Below, one piece after another: positions 7,367-15,886 of a stretch of DNA of 39,770 nucleotides. The DNA lies in the IMG/VR virus record IMGVR_UViG_3300040960_002761, positions 1 through 39,770 of that record. One strand, 5' to 3'. Each line of letters begins with the position of its first letter. Positions within the stretch are counted from its first letter, which is position 1. The DNA comes from a virus. Taxonomy: Duplodnaviria; Caudoviricetes. The notes below the pieces were generated by a model. That model was not told the DNA's origin. It ran no database searches and saw only the letters and a program-made list of their open reading frames with translations. The position numbers were made by a program, and so were the translations under genes.

Positions 7367-8011
7367 ATGAACAACAATGACAAAGATCTCCTATACGATT
7401 TGCACAATTATGGCGCTAACCTAGACACAAGAGAAATATTTTTACACAACTATTACACTTCTGGAGACGATGAAAATCCGGGAGTTGAGTACAAAATGTC
7501 TAATACTTTCTTAAAGAATATAAGGGCTTTAGAATTAAAATCAGACAAACCAATTGTCATTCATATGCAGAGCGTTGGAGGCGAGTGGTCTGATGGTATG
7601 GCTATTTATGATGCTATAACTATGTCTAAGTGTCACGTAACTATTGTTGCATACGGGCAAGCAGAATCCATGAGTAGTATTATATTTCAAGCGGCAGATT
7701 CTAGACTAATAACACCAAATACTTATTTTATGTCTCACTACGGCAGCAGTGCTGCTGGAGGCCATTATCTCAATGTCCAAAATTGGATTAAATACGAAAA
7801 GTATATATGCGATATCATGCTAGACATATACGCTTCACAGTGTGTAAACGGCCAATACTTCTTAGAAAAATATGGAAAGGGTTGTACTTCTAAAGTAAAG
7901 AACTTTTTAAATACGAAGCTAAAATCTGGAGATTGGTATATTAACGCAGAAGATGCTGTTTACTACGGATTTGCAGACAGGGTTATAAATTCATGGCAAC
8001 AAATAAAATAA
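7367..8011 (+). CDS. clpP: ClpP-like serine protease (peptidase S14)
   Basis: REIFL, HMQSVGGE..GMAIYDAI, catalytic Ser in AESMS, His in FMSH, Asp in GDWYINAEDAVYYGFAD; start moved to ATG 7367 with GGAG SD. Confidence 0.85.
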   Translation: MNNNDKDLLYDLHNYGANLDTREIFLHNYYTSGDDENPGVEYKMSNTFLKNIRALELKSDKPIVIHMQSVGGEWSDGMAIYDAITMSKCHVTIVAYGQAESMSSIIFQAADSRLITPNTYFMSHYGSSAAGGHYLNVQNWIKYEKYICDIMLDIYASQCVNGQYFLEKYGKGCTSKVKNFLNTKLKSGDWYINAEDAVYYGFADRVINSWQQIK

Positions 8012-9972
8012 AAAACATCGATGAAGCTTGGCTAGGTCTTGATAATATTGATATAGACCTATTCAATCCTATGTCGTTCGTAGATCCAACCTCAGACGAT
8101 TTTACGCACCGTCTGTCTTATCTTATGACTAGGCCAGAATATTTATCGTTTATATCCAAGCACATACTTAACGTACAGCTACTTCCCTCTCAGTCGCTTT
8201 TCTTAAAGGAGCTTTGGCTCAGAAAGTTTCCTATGCTCATTGCTAGTCGAGGCTTCGGTAAATCATTCATGCTTTCACTCTATGCTGTGCTTAGGGCGCT
8301 CATATTGCCCCGCAGAAAGGTAGTTGTGGTCGGAGCAGCATTCAGACAGTCTAAGGTTCTTTTTGAGTATATGGAGACGATATGGAGAAATTCTCCAATG
8401 TTAAGAGATATATGCGATGGAGATAGTGGCCCACGTAGAGATACTGATAGATGCACCCTACGGTTAAACGACAGCACTGTTACTTGCCTTCCGCTTGGCG
8501 ATGGGCAGAAAATCAGAGGTCAGAGAGCAAACGATATCATTGCTGATGAATTTGCCTCTATACCAAGAGAGATTTTCGAAAATGTTGTTGCTGGTTTTGC
8601 CGCTGTTAGTGCAGATCCCGTCGAAAACGTAAAGCGGTTAGCTGCCCAAAAAAAAGCAAACGAACTTGGCATTCAACTTGAAATAGAAGAAAAAGAGGTA
8701 AAGAAAGATAATCAAATTATTCTTTCTGGCACTGCTTACTATGACTTTAACCATTTCGCTACTTATTGGAAAAAATGGAAATCAATCATAAAAAGTCAAG
8801 GCGACCCATCTAGACTTCGTGAAATATTTGGAGAAGATCCACCAGAAAGTTTTGATTGGACCCAATACTCGATTATACGTATGCCGTATGAGCTTTTACC
8901 TAAAGGTTTTATGGATGCTGATCAGGTAGCAAGATCAAAGGCTACTGTTCACGCTGGTATTTACCAGATGGAGTATGGAGCTTGCTTTACAAGAGACTCA
9001 CAAGGATTCTTTAAACGTTCGCTCATAGAGTCTTGTGTGGTTACAGAGGATGGATCTATCAAAAATAAAAATAATGACCCAATATTCTTTGAAGCAAGCC
9101 TCATGGGCGATAAAGATAAACGCTATATATTTGGCGTTGACCCAGCTTCCGAAGTAGATAATTTTAGCATTGTTGTTCTAGAAATTAGTCTTGATCATAG
9201 AAGAATAGTTCACTGTTGGACAACCACGCGATCAGAACACAAAGAAAAAGTAAAAAGAGGTTACTCAACAGAAACTGACTTCTATGCGTATTGTGCTAGA
9301 AAAATTAGAGACTTAATGAAGCTGTTCCCATGCGTTCACATAGCTATGGATGCTCAAGGTGGCGGCGTTGCCGTTATGGAGTCATTACATGATAATGATA
9401 AAATTAAAGATGGAGAAGTTGCAATATGGCCAACCATAGATGATGATAAGCCCAAAGACACAGACGGCGAAAGAGGCTTACATATACTAGAGATGTGCCA
9501 GTTTGCCAAATATGACTGGCTAGCTGAAGCAAATCATGGAATGAGAAAAGACTTTGAGGATAAAGTTTTATTATTTCCCCATTTCGACACAGTAAGTTTA
9601 GCAATCTCAGAACAAGAAGATTCAATCAAAAACAGAATGTTTGACACACTAGAGGAGTGCGTCCTAGACATAGAAGAACTAAAGGACGAACTGTCAATGA
9701 TACAAATGACTCAAACATCTGCTGGTCGTGACAGATGGGATACGCCAGAAGTGATCGTAGGAACTGGTAAAAAAAGCAAAATGAGAAAAGATAGATATTC
9801 TGCATTGTTAATGGCAAACATGGCCGCTAGAATATTGCATAGAACTCCTACGCAGGCAGATTATGAATTTTATGGTGGATTTGCTACTGGTGGTTATAAA
9901 AAAGCAGATAATAACCAAAATATGTACACTGGTCCAAGTTGGTTCTCAGATCAGATGAAAGATGTGTATTAA
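7993..9972 (+). CDS. terL: terminase large subunit
   Basis: Q motif LLPSQ, Walker A ASRGFGKS, KIRGQRA, Walker B IIADEF, LSGT coupling motif, RNase H-like FGVDPA and the C-terminal KDRYSA. Confidence 0.92.
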   Translation: MATNKIKNIDEAWLGLDNIDIDLFNPMSFVDPTSDDFTHRLSYLMTRPEYLSFISKHILNVQLLPSQSLFLKELWLRKFPMLIASRGFGKSFMLSLYAVLRALILPRRKVVVVGAAFRQSKVLFEYMETIWRNSPMLRDICDGDSGPRRDTDRCTLRLNDSTVTCLPLGDGQKIRGQRANDIIADEFASIPREIFENVVAGFAAVSADPVENVKRLAAQKKANELGIQLEIEEKEVKKDNQIILSGTAYYDFNHFATYWKKWKSIIKSQGDPSRLREIFGEDPPESFDWTQYSIIRMPYELLPKGFMDADQVARSKATVHAGIYQMEYGACFTRDSQGFFKRSLIESCVVTEDGSIKNKNNDPIFFEASLMGDKDKRYIFGVDPASEVDNFSIVVLEISLDHRRIVHCWTTTRSEHKEKVKRGYSTETDFYAYCARKIRDLMKLFPCVHIAMDAQGGGVAVMESLHDNDKIKDGEVAIWPTIDDDKPKDTDGERGLHILEMCQFAKYDWLAEANHGMRKDFEDKVLLFPHFDTVSLAISEQEDSIKNRMFDTLEECVLDIEELKDELSMIQMTQTSAGRDRWDTPEVIVGTGKKSKMRKDRYSALLMANMAARILHRTPTQADYEFYGGFATGGYKKADNNQNMYTGPSWFSDQMKDVY

Positions 9973-10011
9973 TAAATATGCAATGCGATTACATTTCAAT
10001 TGAGGTAAAAA

Positions 10012-12042
10012 ATGAGTGAAGATATGCTAACTTGGCGAGAAGAAGACGAAAACAGCAAAGCTAATGCTATGTCTCAGTTTTCGAAAAACGTAGATTCTTA
10101 TAGTGGCTTAAGCAAATCTCAGGGTAGTACTTATCGTCATTTTATAGATATTGAGCCTAACCGCTCTGTTCGCCCCGGTTTTCACTCTAGTGATTATTAT
10201 GCTTTTAGACCAGAAGAGGCTGTCCCGCAGCAGCAACGTCGTGTTATAAAAATGTGTATGGATGCTTATGATAAAGTTGGTATCATTCGCAATATAATTG
10301 ACTTAATGGGTGATTTTGGAAGTCAAGGGATTCAAATTGTACACAGAGATAAATCTGTCGAAAAGTTTTATCAACAATGGTTTAGAAGTGTTAACGGTAA
10401 AGAGAGATCTGAAAGATTTCTTAATAATCTATACAAAACCGGCAATGTTATTATTTATAGAAGCTACGCCAATATTACTCCTAAATTGAAGCAGTATATG
10501 AAGGCTTTGTCTTCTGACATCAAGGTAGAGATACCTTCTTCTACAAAAGAAGAAATTCCGTGGAGGTATAATTTCTTTAATCCATTAACTGTTAAAATGA
10601 AAGACGGAAACCTTTCTTTGTTTATGGGATTACAGAATTACACAATAACTACTAACTCATTTTTTGATAAGTTCAGAGCTGGTGACATACCAAATCATGT
10701 GCTAGAGACGTTACCTCCAACAATCAAACAAAGCTTAATCAGGGGCGACAAAGACATACCATTAGATCAAGAACGTCTAAGTGTTTTTTATTACAAAAAA
10801 GACGATTGGAGACAGTGGGCTAACCCTATGATATACGCCATTCTAGACGATATTATTATGCTAGAAAAAATGCGTCTTGCTGATATGTCTGCGCTTGATG
10901 GTGCAATATCAAATATTAGGCTCTGGACTTTGGGCAGCTTAGATCATAAAATTTTACCAAATAAAGCTGCTATAAATAAACTTAGAGACATTCTTGCCAG
11001 TAATGTTGGTGGTGGCACTATGGAACTCGTATGGGGTCCAGAGTTGTCATTTCAGGAATCAAGTAGCGAAGTTTATAAGTTCCTTGGTTCTGAAAAGTAT
11101 ACCTCTGTTTTGAATAGTATCTATGCTGGACTCGGTGTACCGCCAACACTTACTGGTATGGCCACAAATGGTGGTGGATTTACTAACAATTTCATATCTC
11201 TAAAAACACTTTTGGAAAGATTACAGTATGGAAGAGATCAACTTTTACGCTTCTGGGAAAAGGAATTGGAATTAGTCAGACAAGCTATGGGATTCAGATA
11301 TAAAGCTCATATACAATTTGATCAAATGACCCTATCAGACGAAGCTGCCGAAAAGAATCTTCTCATACAACTTGCTGATCGTGATATTATTAGTCACGAA
11401 ACACTTCTTGAGAGATTCAAAGAAATTCCTCAGATTGAAAATATCAGAATTAAAAGAGAACTCGACAAGAGAGAAAACTCTGGCCCACCAAAAGCTAGTC
11501 CTTACCATAATCCAAATCATCAGCAAGATATGGAAAAAATGGATAAGCAAGGACAAATTAATCTAAGGCAGGAAAAACAAAAACAAAAAAATACACCAAG
11601 CCAAAACACCAATACGGACATCAAGCCTAAAGGAAGGCCGTTTAATTCTCAAGACTCTGTACCAAGAAAACAAAGAAGCGAAAAGCCAAAATCTACACCC
11701 GGAGTTGCTGAACTGTTAGTTTGGTCTGATAATGCTTGGGATAAAATATCAAGTGTTGTTAATAATGCTTATTTGAACTCTTTGTCAAAGAAAAACTTGA
11801 GGCAATTAACAAAAGCTCAATTTAAGGATTTAGAGACTATTAAGCTAGATGTTTTCACGAATTTACCGATACTTGAAGAAGTCACAGATAAAGCCATTTG
11901 TAATATATTAAAAGCTAATGTGTCAACGCCAGAAACCTTTAAAACACTTCTCAATGAAAATAATATTTCAATATCAAACATGCCAGTCGATTTATTTAGA
12001 AAGCATGTCGTAGCCATTTTTGTTGCTGAAAAAGTCCAATAA
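10012..12042 (+). CDS. portal protein
   Basis: Follows terL; 676 aa; portal-like helical segments (GIIRNIIDLMGDF, SIYAGLGVPPTL, LIQLADRDIISHETL). Confidence 0.8.
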   Translation: MSEDMLTWREEDENSKANAMSQFSKNVDSYSGLSKSQGSTYRHFIDIEPNRSVRPGFHSSDYYAFRPEEAVPQQQRRVIKMCMDAYDKVGIIRNIIDLMGDFGSQGIQIVHRDKSVEKFYQQWFRSVNGKERSERFLNNLYKTGNVIIYRSYANITPKLKQYMKALSSDIKVEIPSSTKEEIPWRYNFFNPLTVKMKDGNLSLFMGLQNYTITTNSFFDKFRAGDIPNHVLETLPPTIKQSLIRGDKDIPLDQERLSVFYYKKDDWRQWANPMIYAILDDIIMLEKMRLADMSALDGAISNIRLWTLGSLDHKILPNKAAINKLRDILASNVGGGTMELVWGPELSFQESSSEVYKFLGSEKYTSVLNSIYAGLGVPPTLTGMATNGGGFTNNFISLKTLLERLQYGRDQLLRFWEKELELVRQAMGFRYKAHIQFDQMTLSDEAAEKNLLIQLADRDIISHETLLERFKEIPQIENIRIKRELDKRENSGPPKASPYHNPNHQQDMEKMDKQGQINLRQEKQKQKNTPSQNTNTDIKPKGRPFNSQDSVPRKQRSEKPKSTPGVAELLVWSDNAWDKISSVVNNAYLNSLSKKNLRQLTKAQFKDLETIKLDVFTNLPILEEVTDKAICNILKANVSTPETFKTLLNENNISISNMPVDLFRKHVVAIFVAEKVQ

Positions 12043-12092
12043 TTGTCAAAAATTTTTTATCTTGTGTATAGTAATCTTGAGAGGTATACTAC

Positions 12093-13556
12093 ATGAAAAT
12101 TTATGAAAAAGAAATAGAAGACGGTGTGTCTGATCTTGTAAAAGCTCAGTCTAGCGTTGCGTATTGTTCTCAAGCTCTTCTTTATAAAGATTCTGGTAAT
12201 GATTCTTTGAATAGAACCGCAAGAAAGATTTTAGCATCTAGCGCAAATCCGCAGCAAATTGATCTATATTACATAACTTCTGTTTTAGTGTCTACTGGCT
12301 GGAACAAGAATGATGATGTTTTTGAAGCTTCTCAAACTTGGGCCGCACGAAACACTCCAGAAGATAAACAGTTTAACTTCATGCACAATGAAAATGATAT
12401 AATCGGTCATATCACTGGAAGCTATATTGTTGACAAAGAGGGCAATAGAATAGAATCTCAAGAAGCTCCTGATGAATTTGATATAATCACAGAAGCTGTT
12501 TTGTATAATAGTTGGACGAACGAAGAAAATAGAGACAGAATGAAGCAAATTATTGCTGAAATTGAAGAAGGCAAATGGTTTGTTTCTATGGAGTGTCTTT
12601 TTGCCGGTTTTGATTATTCTTTGTTAGACCAAAATGGTTCAGCCAAAGCACTAGAAAGAAATCAAGATTCAGCATTTTTAACCAAGCATTTAAGAGCATA
12701 TGGCGGCACTGGCGAGTACGAGGGATACAAGGTTGGAAGATTATTAAGGGATATTTCTTTTTCTGGCAAAGGTCTTGTATCCAAGCCAGCTAACCCGAGG
12801 AGTATTATTCTTGATTCCAGTAGAGCTTATTCCCTAAACGATATAACTTTAACTACTTTTTCACAAGGAGAAGATATTATGGCAGATAATAGTCTTTTAG
12901 AGAAGCAGCTTGCTGATATTCAGTCTGAGTTAGCTTCTGCTAAAGAAGAAAATAAAGCTCTTCGCGCTGAAATTGCCGAAGCTGCATCAAAAGAAACGCT
13001 AGAGTCAATTGCTAAACTTGAAGCCACACTTGGCGAAAAGGAAGAAGCAATTAAAGCTCTAGAAGCTTCATTGGCCGAAAAGGAAACTTCTGTCACTGAA
13101 CTTCAAGAATCAATCGCTAAGAGCGAAGAAGAAATGAAGGACAAGATGGAAGAACTTAATAAGATGAAGAAGGAAAAGAAGATGGAAGCCCGAAAGGCTG
13201 CTCTTCTTGAACTTGGTTTTGAAGCCGAAGAAGCTGAAGAATCAATTGCTTCTTACGAATCATTTGACGATGCAACTTTCGAAGCCATCATCGCAGCAAT
13301 GACTAAGATGGATAAGAAAAAAGCAGCCGTCAAGAAAGACGAAGAAGACAAGGAAAAAGCTGCTATGCCCAAGAAAAACATGGCTGAAGAAGTAGAAGCT
13401 GAAGAAGCCGAAGCTGAAGCCGAAGCTGAAGAAGCATTAGCTGAAGTAGAAACAACTGAAGCAACGCTAGTCGATGCTTCAGACGAAACTGACGAATTAC
13501 AGGCCACCAGAGCGAGTGTCGCAGAGTGGCTTGAAACCAACGTATTACGCAAGTAA
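12093..13556 (+). CDS. prohead protease / scaffold fusion
   Basis: Lies between portal and capsid genes; N-domain WNKNDDVF, FMHNE..IIGH, VSMEC, LVSKPANP resembles the phage maturation-protease fold; C-terminal half is an acidic Ala/Glu/Lys coiled coil. Confidence 0.75.
   Translation: MKIYEKEIEDGVSDLVKAQSSVAYCSQALLYKDSGNDSLNRTARKILASSANPQQIDLYYITSVLVSTGWNKNDDVFEASQTWAARNTPEDKQFNFMHNENDIIGHITGSYIVDKEGNRIESQEAPDEFDIITEAVLYNSWTNEENRDRMKQIIAEIEEGKWFVSMECLFAGFDYSLLDQNGSAKALERNQDSAFLTKHLRAYGGTGEYEGYKVGRLLRDISFSGKGLVSKPANPRSIILDSSRAYSLNDITLTTFSQGEDIMADNSLLEKQLADIQSELASAKEENKALRAEIAEAASKETLESIAKLEATLGEKEEAIKALEASLAEKETSVTELQESIAKSEEEMKDKMEELNKMKKEKKMEARKAALLELGFEAEEAEESIASYESFDDATFEAIIAAMTKMDKKKAAVKKDEEDKEKAAMPKKNMAEEVEAEEAEAEAEAEEALAEVETTEATLVDASDETDELQATRASVAEWLETNVLRK
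12879..13556 (+). CDS. nested in-frame scaffold protein (MADNSLLEKQ...)
   Basis: AAGGAG SD precedes the in-frame ATG 12879, exactly at the start of the coiled-coil domain. Confidence 0.65.
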   Translation: MADNSLLEKQLADIQSELASAKEENKALRAEIAEAASKETLESIAKLEATLGEKEEAIKALEASLAEKETSVTELQESIAKSEEEMKDKMEELNKMKKEKKMEARKAALLELGFEAEEAEESIASYESFDDATFEAIIAAMTKMDKKKAAVKKDEEDKEKAAMPKKNMAEEVEAEEAEAEAEAEEALAEVETTEATLVDASDETDELQATRASVAEWLETNVLRK

Positions 13557-13574
13557 AAACAAGGAGAATAAATT

Positions 13575-14033
13575 ATGGCTCTAAAATCAGATAGATTTGA
13601 ACTTCAGACAGATATTAGTTTCTTCTACAATGAAGGAATTGCGACTCGCGGTGGCGTAGTCTGTCATGATACCGCTGGTACTGGTGCTGCTATGGATCAG
13701 GGAGTAAACCTTGTGAAGTATGTTGCACAAGATGGCGATCAGGTTCCTGTTGGCATCCTTCTGAACGATGTTGTTAACAAGGATCTTACTCGTACTCATC
13801 TTAATCAGCACAAGGACGAAGTGCAAAAGGGTGGCAAGGTCACTGTGCTTCGTAAAGGCTATGTCGTTACTGACATGATTGACTCTGTGCAGGATGTTGA
13901 AGCTGGCTCTGGCGTTTACGCTAGCGCAACAGCTGGCAAACTTAGCATGGCTGTTTCTGGTCCTGTCATTGGCAGATTCCTCAGTAATGTAGATGCTGAC
14001 GGCTATGCCAAAGTAGAAGTTAACCTTCCCTGA
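13575..14033 (+). CDS. capsid decoration/cement protein
   Basis: 152 aa, Gly/Val-rich beta protein (PVGILL, GGKVTVLRKG, AGSGVYASATAGKL) just before the MCP; AAGGAG SD. Confidence 0.7.
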   Translation: MALKSDRFELQTDISFFYNEGIATRGGVVCHDTAGTGAAMDQGVNLVKYVAQDGDQVPVGILLNDVVNKDLTRTHLNQHKDEVQKGGKVTVLRKGYVVTDMIDSVQDVEAGSGVYASATAGKLSMAVSGPVIGRFLSNVDADGYAKVEVNLP

Positions 14034-14060
14034 ACAAACAAATAAAAGGAGAAAATTAAT

Positions 14061-15071
14061 ATGCCTATTACAGAAAGACCTAGTGATGAATTTATCAGTC
14101 TCCTCCGTAAGTCCGGGGATGCTGATATCAATGTAGCTCAGGCTGCACAGCGTGAATTCGCAAAAGCTCTTGAGCTTCCTCTTCGTAAGGGTGTTCTAGT
14201 TGGGAACATTCTTGGTAATATCTTTGAAACCATCAATGTAGAAGCTGGTTCAACTACTGAATTTCCTCTTGACCTAATCAGCCCCGGCCTTGAGGGTGAG
14301 CATGTTGCTTACACCAATCCCGGTCACGGTAGAATTCCAGAGCGTTCGGTTGAAGGCGACTACGTGATGATTCCAACATACAGCATCGCTTCATCCGTAG
14401 ATTATCTTCTACGTTATGCTCGGGAAGCACGTTGGGATATCGTTGGTCGCGCCATGCAAGTCATGGAAGCTGGCTTTGTGAAGAAGATGAATGATGACGG
14501 ATGGCACACGCTCCTTGCAGCTGGTGTTGACCGTAACATTCTTGTTTATGATGGTGATGCTACTCGCGGCTTATTCAGCAAACGATTAGTATCTCTCATG
14601 CAGACGGTTATGCGTAGAAATTCTGGTGGCAATAGCGCTTCTGTTGGTCGCGGTCGCCTCACAGACCTTTATGTTTCACCAGAAGCTCTTGAGGATATCC
14701 GTAACTGGGGATTAGATCAGGTTGACGAGGTTACTCGTCGTGAGATCTACACATCACCAGAGGGTGGCGCTCCACTTACAAGAATTTTTGGTGTTAATGT
14801 TCATGATCTTGATGAGCTAGGCGAAGGCCAAGAGTACCAGAGCTTCTTTGCTGATGATCTCGGTGGTTCACTAACTGGCATCAGCGACGATGAGATTGTC
14901 GTTGGTCTAGATCAGTCATCAAATGATAGCTTTGTTATGCCAGTCAAGGAACAGCTTCAAGTCTTTGAAGACCCCACTCTTCATCGTCAGCAGAGAGCTG
15001 GTTACTATGGTTGGGCAGAGCTTGGCTTTGGCGTTCTAGACAACAGACGGGTCATTCTTGGCTCATTCTAA
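14061..15071 (+). CDS. major capsid protein (probable HK97 fold)
   Basis: Position, 336 aa, strong SD, LYVSPEALEDI, RIFGVNV, C-terminal GYYGWAELGFGVLD; followed by a terminator. Confidence 0.85.
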   Translation: MPITERPSDEFISLLRKSGDADINVAQAAQREFAKALELPLRKGVLVGNILGNIFETINVEAGSTTEFPLDLISPGLEGEHVAYTNPGHGRIPERSVEGDYVMIPTYSIASSVDYLLRYAREARWDIVGRAMQVMEAGFVKKMNDDGWHTLLAAGVDRNILVYDGDATRGLFSKRLVSLMQTVMRRNSGGNSASVGRGRLTDLYVSPEALEDIRNWGLDQVDEVTRREIYTSPEGGAPLTRIFGVNVHDLDELGEGQEYQSFFADDLGGSLTGISDDEIVVGLDQSSNDSFVMPVKEQLQVFEDPTLHRQQRAGYYGWAELGFGVLDNRRVILGSF

Positions 15072-15096
15072 GCTTTCTAGATCGTAGCTCTTTCAT

Positions 15097-15132
15097 AAAA
15101 GCCACCTTCTCTTGTGGGGGGTGGCTTTTTTT
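15097..15132 (+). terminator. rho-independent terminator after the MCP (possibly bidirectional)
   Basis: AAAA-GCCACCTTCT-cttgt-GGGGGGTGGC-TTTTTTT hairpin with a U-tract. Confidence 0.85.
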
Positions 15133-15133
15133 G

Positions 15134-15142
15134 GTGTATACT
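15134..15142 (+). promoter_or_regulatory. GTGTATACT putative late-promoter element, immediately after the terminator
   Basis: The same GTGTATA core occurs at 707, 12064, 19708 and 28478 (GTGTATT at 9964), always just upstream of a gene start. Confidence 0.6.
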
Positions 15143-15182
15143 AAGGTATGGGTTCTGCTAGGATCAAACACGGGAGAAGAAT

Positions 15183-15869
15183 ATGGCTGCTTTATCAGAT
15201 TATCTAGAATCTGGAATTTTGAATCATTTATTTAGAACAAATCCATTTGAAAAACCATCTAATATTTCAATAGCTTTAACTAGTTCTGTAGCAAAAGAAA
15301 ACGATACAGGAAGTACTATTCCAGAACTTCCAGAAAATGTAGTTATTGGCGTAACTACTTTTAATACAAATTACTCAAGAGTTGATCTTGGTAGTCCTAG
15401 TCAAGATGGAAATTCTAAGTGGAATGCCGTAGGACATGATACGTCTACTGCATTTTCTGTTTACACACAAGACGTTGAAGAGGATAATTTCTTTTATCCC
15501 TTGTACTTGTCTGAAACTGTCGCTACCAGTCAGGACACTAACACTCAAGCCAAATCATCGCTAGAATATACTTTCTCTGAGCATCCGGGAATTTCATTTT
15601 TTGGACCCTTATCGGTAACTACCAGTGGGTCTGTTGATCCGGGATTAGACAGCTATGAAGGAAATGGATTCATAAAAAATAATCAACAGATTGTTTTTAA
15701 TACAGCAACAACTGATTGGGGTTGGGTTTCAGGTGTTGCAATACTTGATAGCTCTGATCATCAGGGGGGCAATTTGTTAATGTATGCTGCGCTTAATAAT
15801 CCACGATATGTTTACACTGGAGATAACATTAAATTTGATATAAACGCATTAGAAATCAATCTTAACTAA
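15183..15869 (+). CDS. virion structural protein (minor tail/fibre-associated type, with a central insertion)
   Basis: LSDYLESGILNHLFR N-terminus and FNTATTDWGWVSGVAILDS..GGNLLMYAAL C-terminus are typical of a widespread small phage structural family. Confidence 0.65.
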   Translation: MAALSDYLESGILNHLFRTNPFEKPSNISIALTSSVAKENDTGSTIPELPENVVIGVTTFNTNYSRVDLGSPSQDGNSKWNAVGHDTSTAFSVYTQDVEEDNFFYPLYLSETVATSQDTNTQAKSSLEYTFSEHPGISFFGPLSVTTSGSVDPGLDSYEGNGFIKNNQQIVFNTATTDWGWVSGVAILDSSDHQGGNLLMYAALNNPRYVYTGDNIKFDINALEINLN

Positions 15870-15886
15870 TTCAAGGATAAGGTATA

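Noticed and set aside
7993-9972. Intein or intron in terL
   Set aside because: No C/S...HN splice motifs, LAGLIDADG domain or frame break seen; the length fits an uninterrupted gene
13253-13552. Minus-strand Ser/Ala-rich ORF and the other short antisense or alternate-frame ORFs in the track (e.g. 20746-21108, 21815-22135, 32007-32498, 36323-36652)
   Set aside because: Shadows of biased or repetitive codon usage in the real + strand genes; no SD or recognisable motifs
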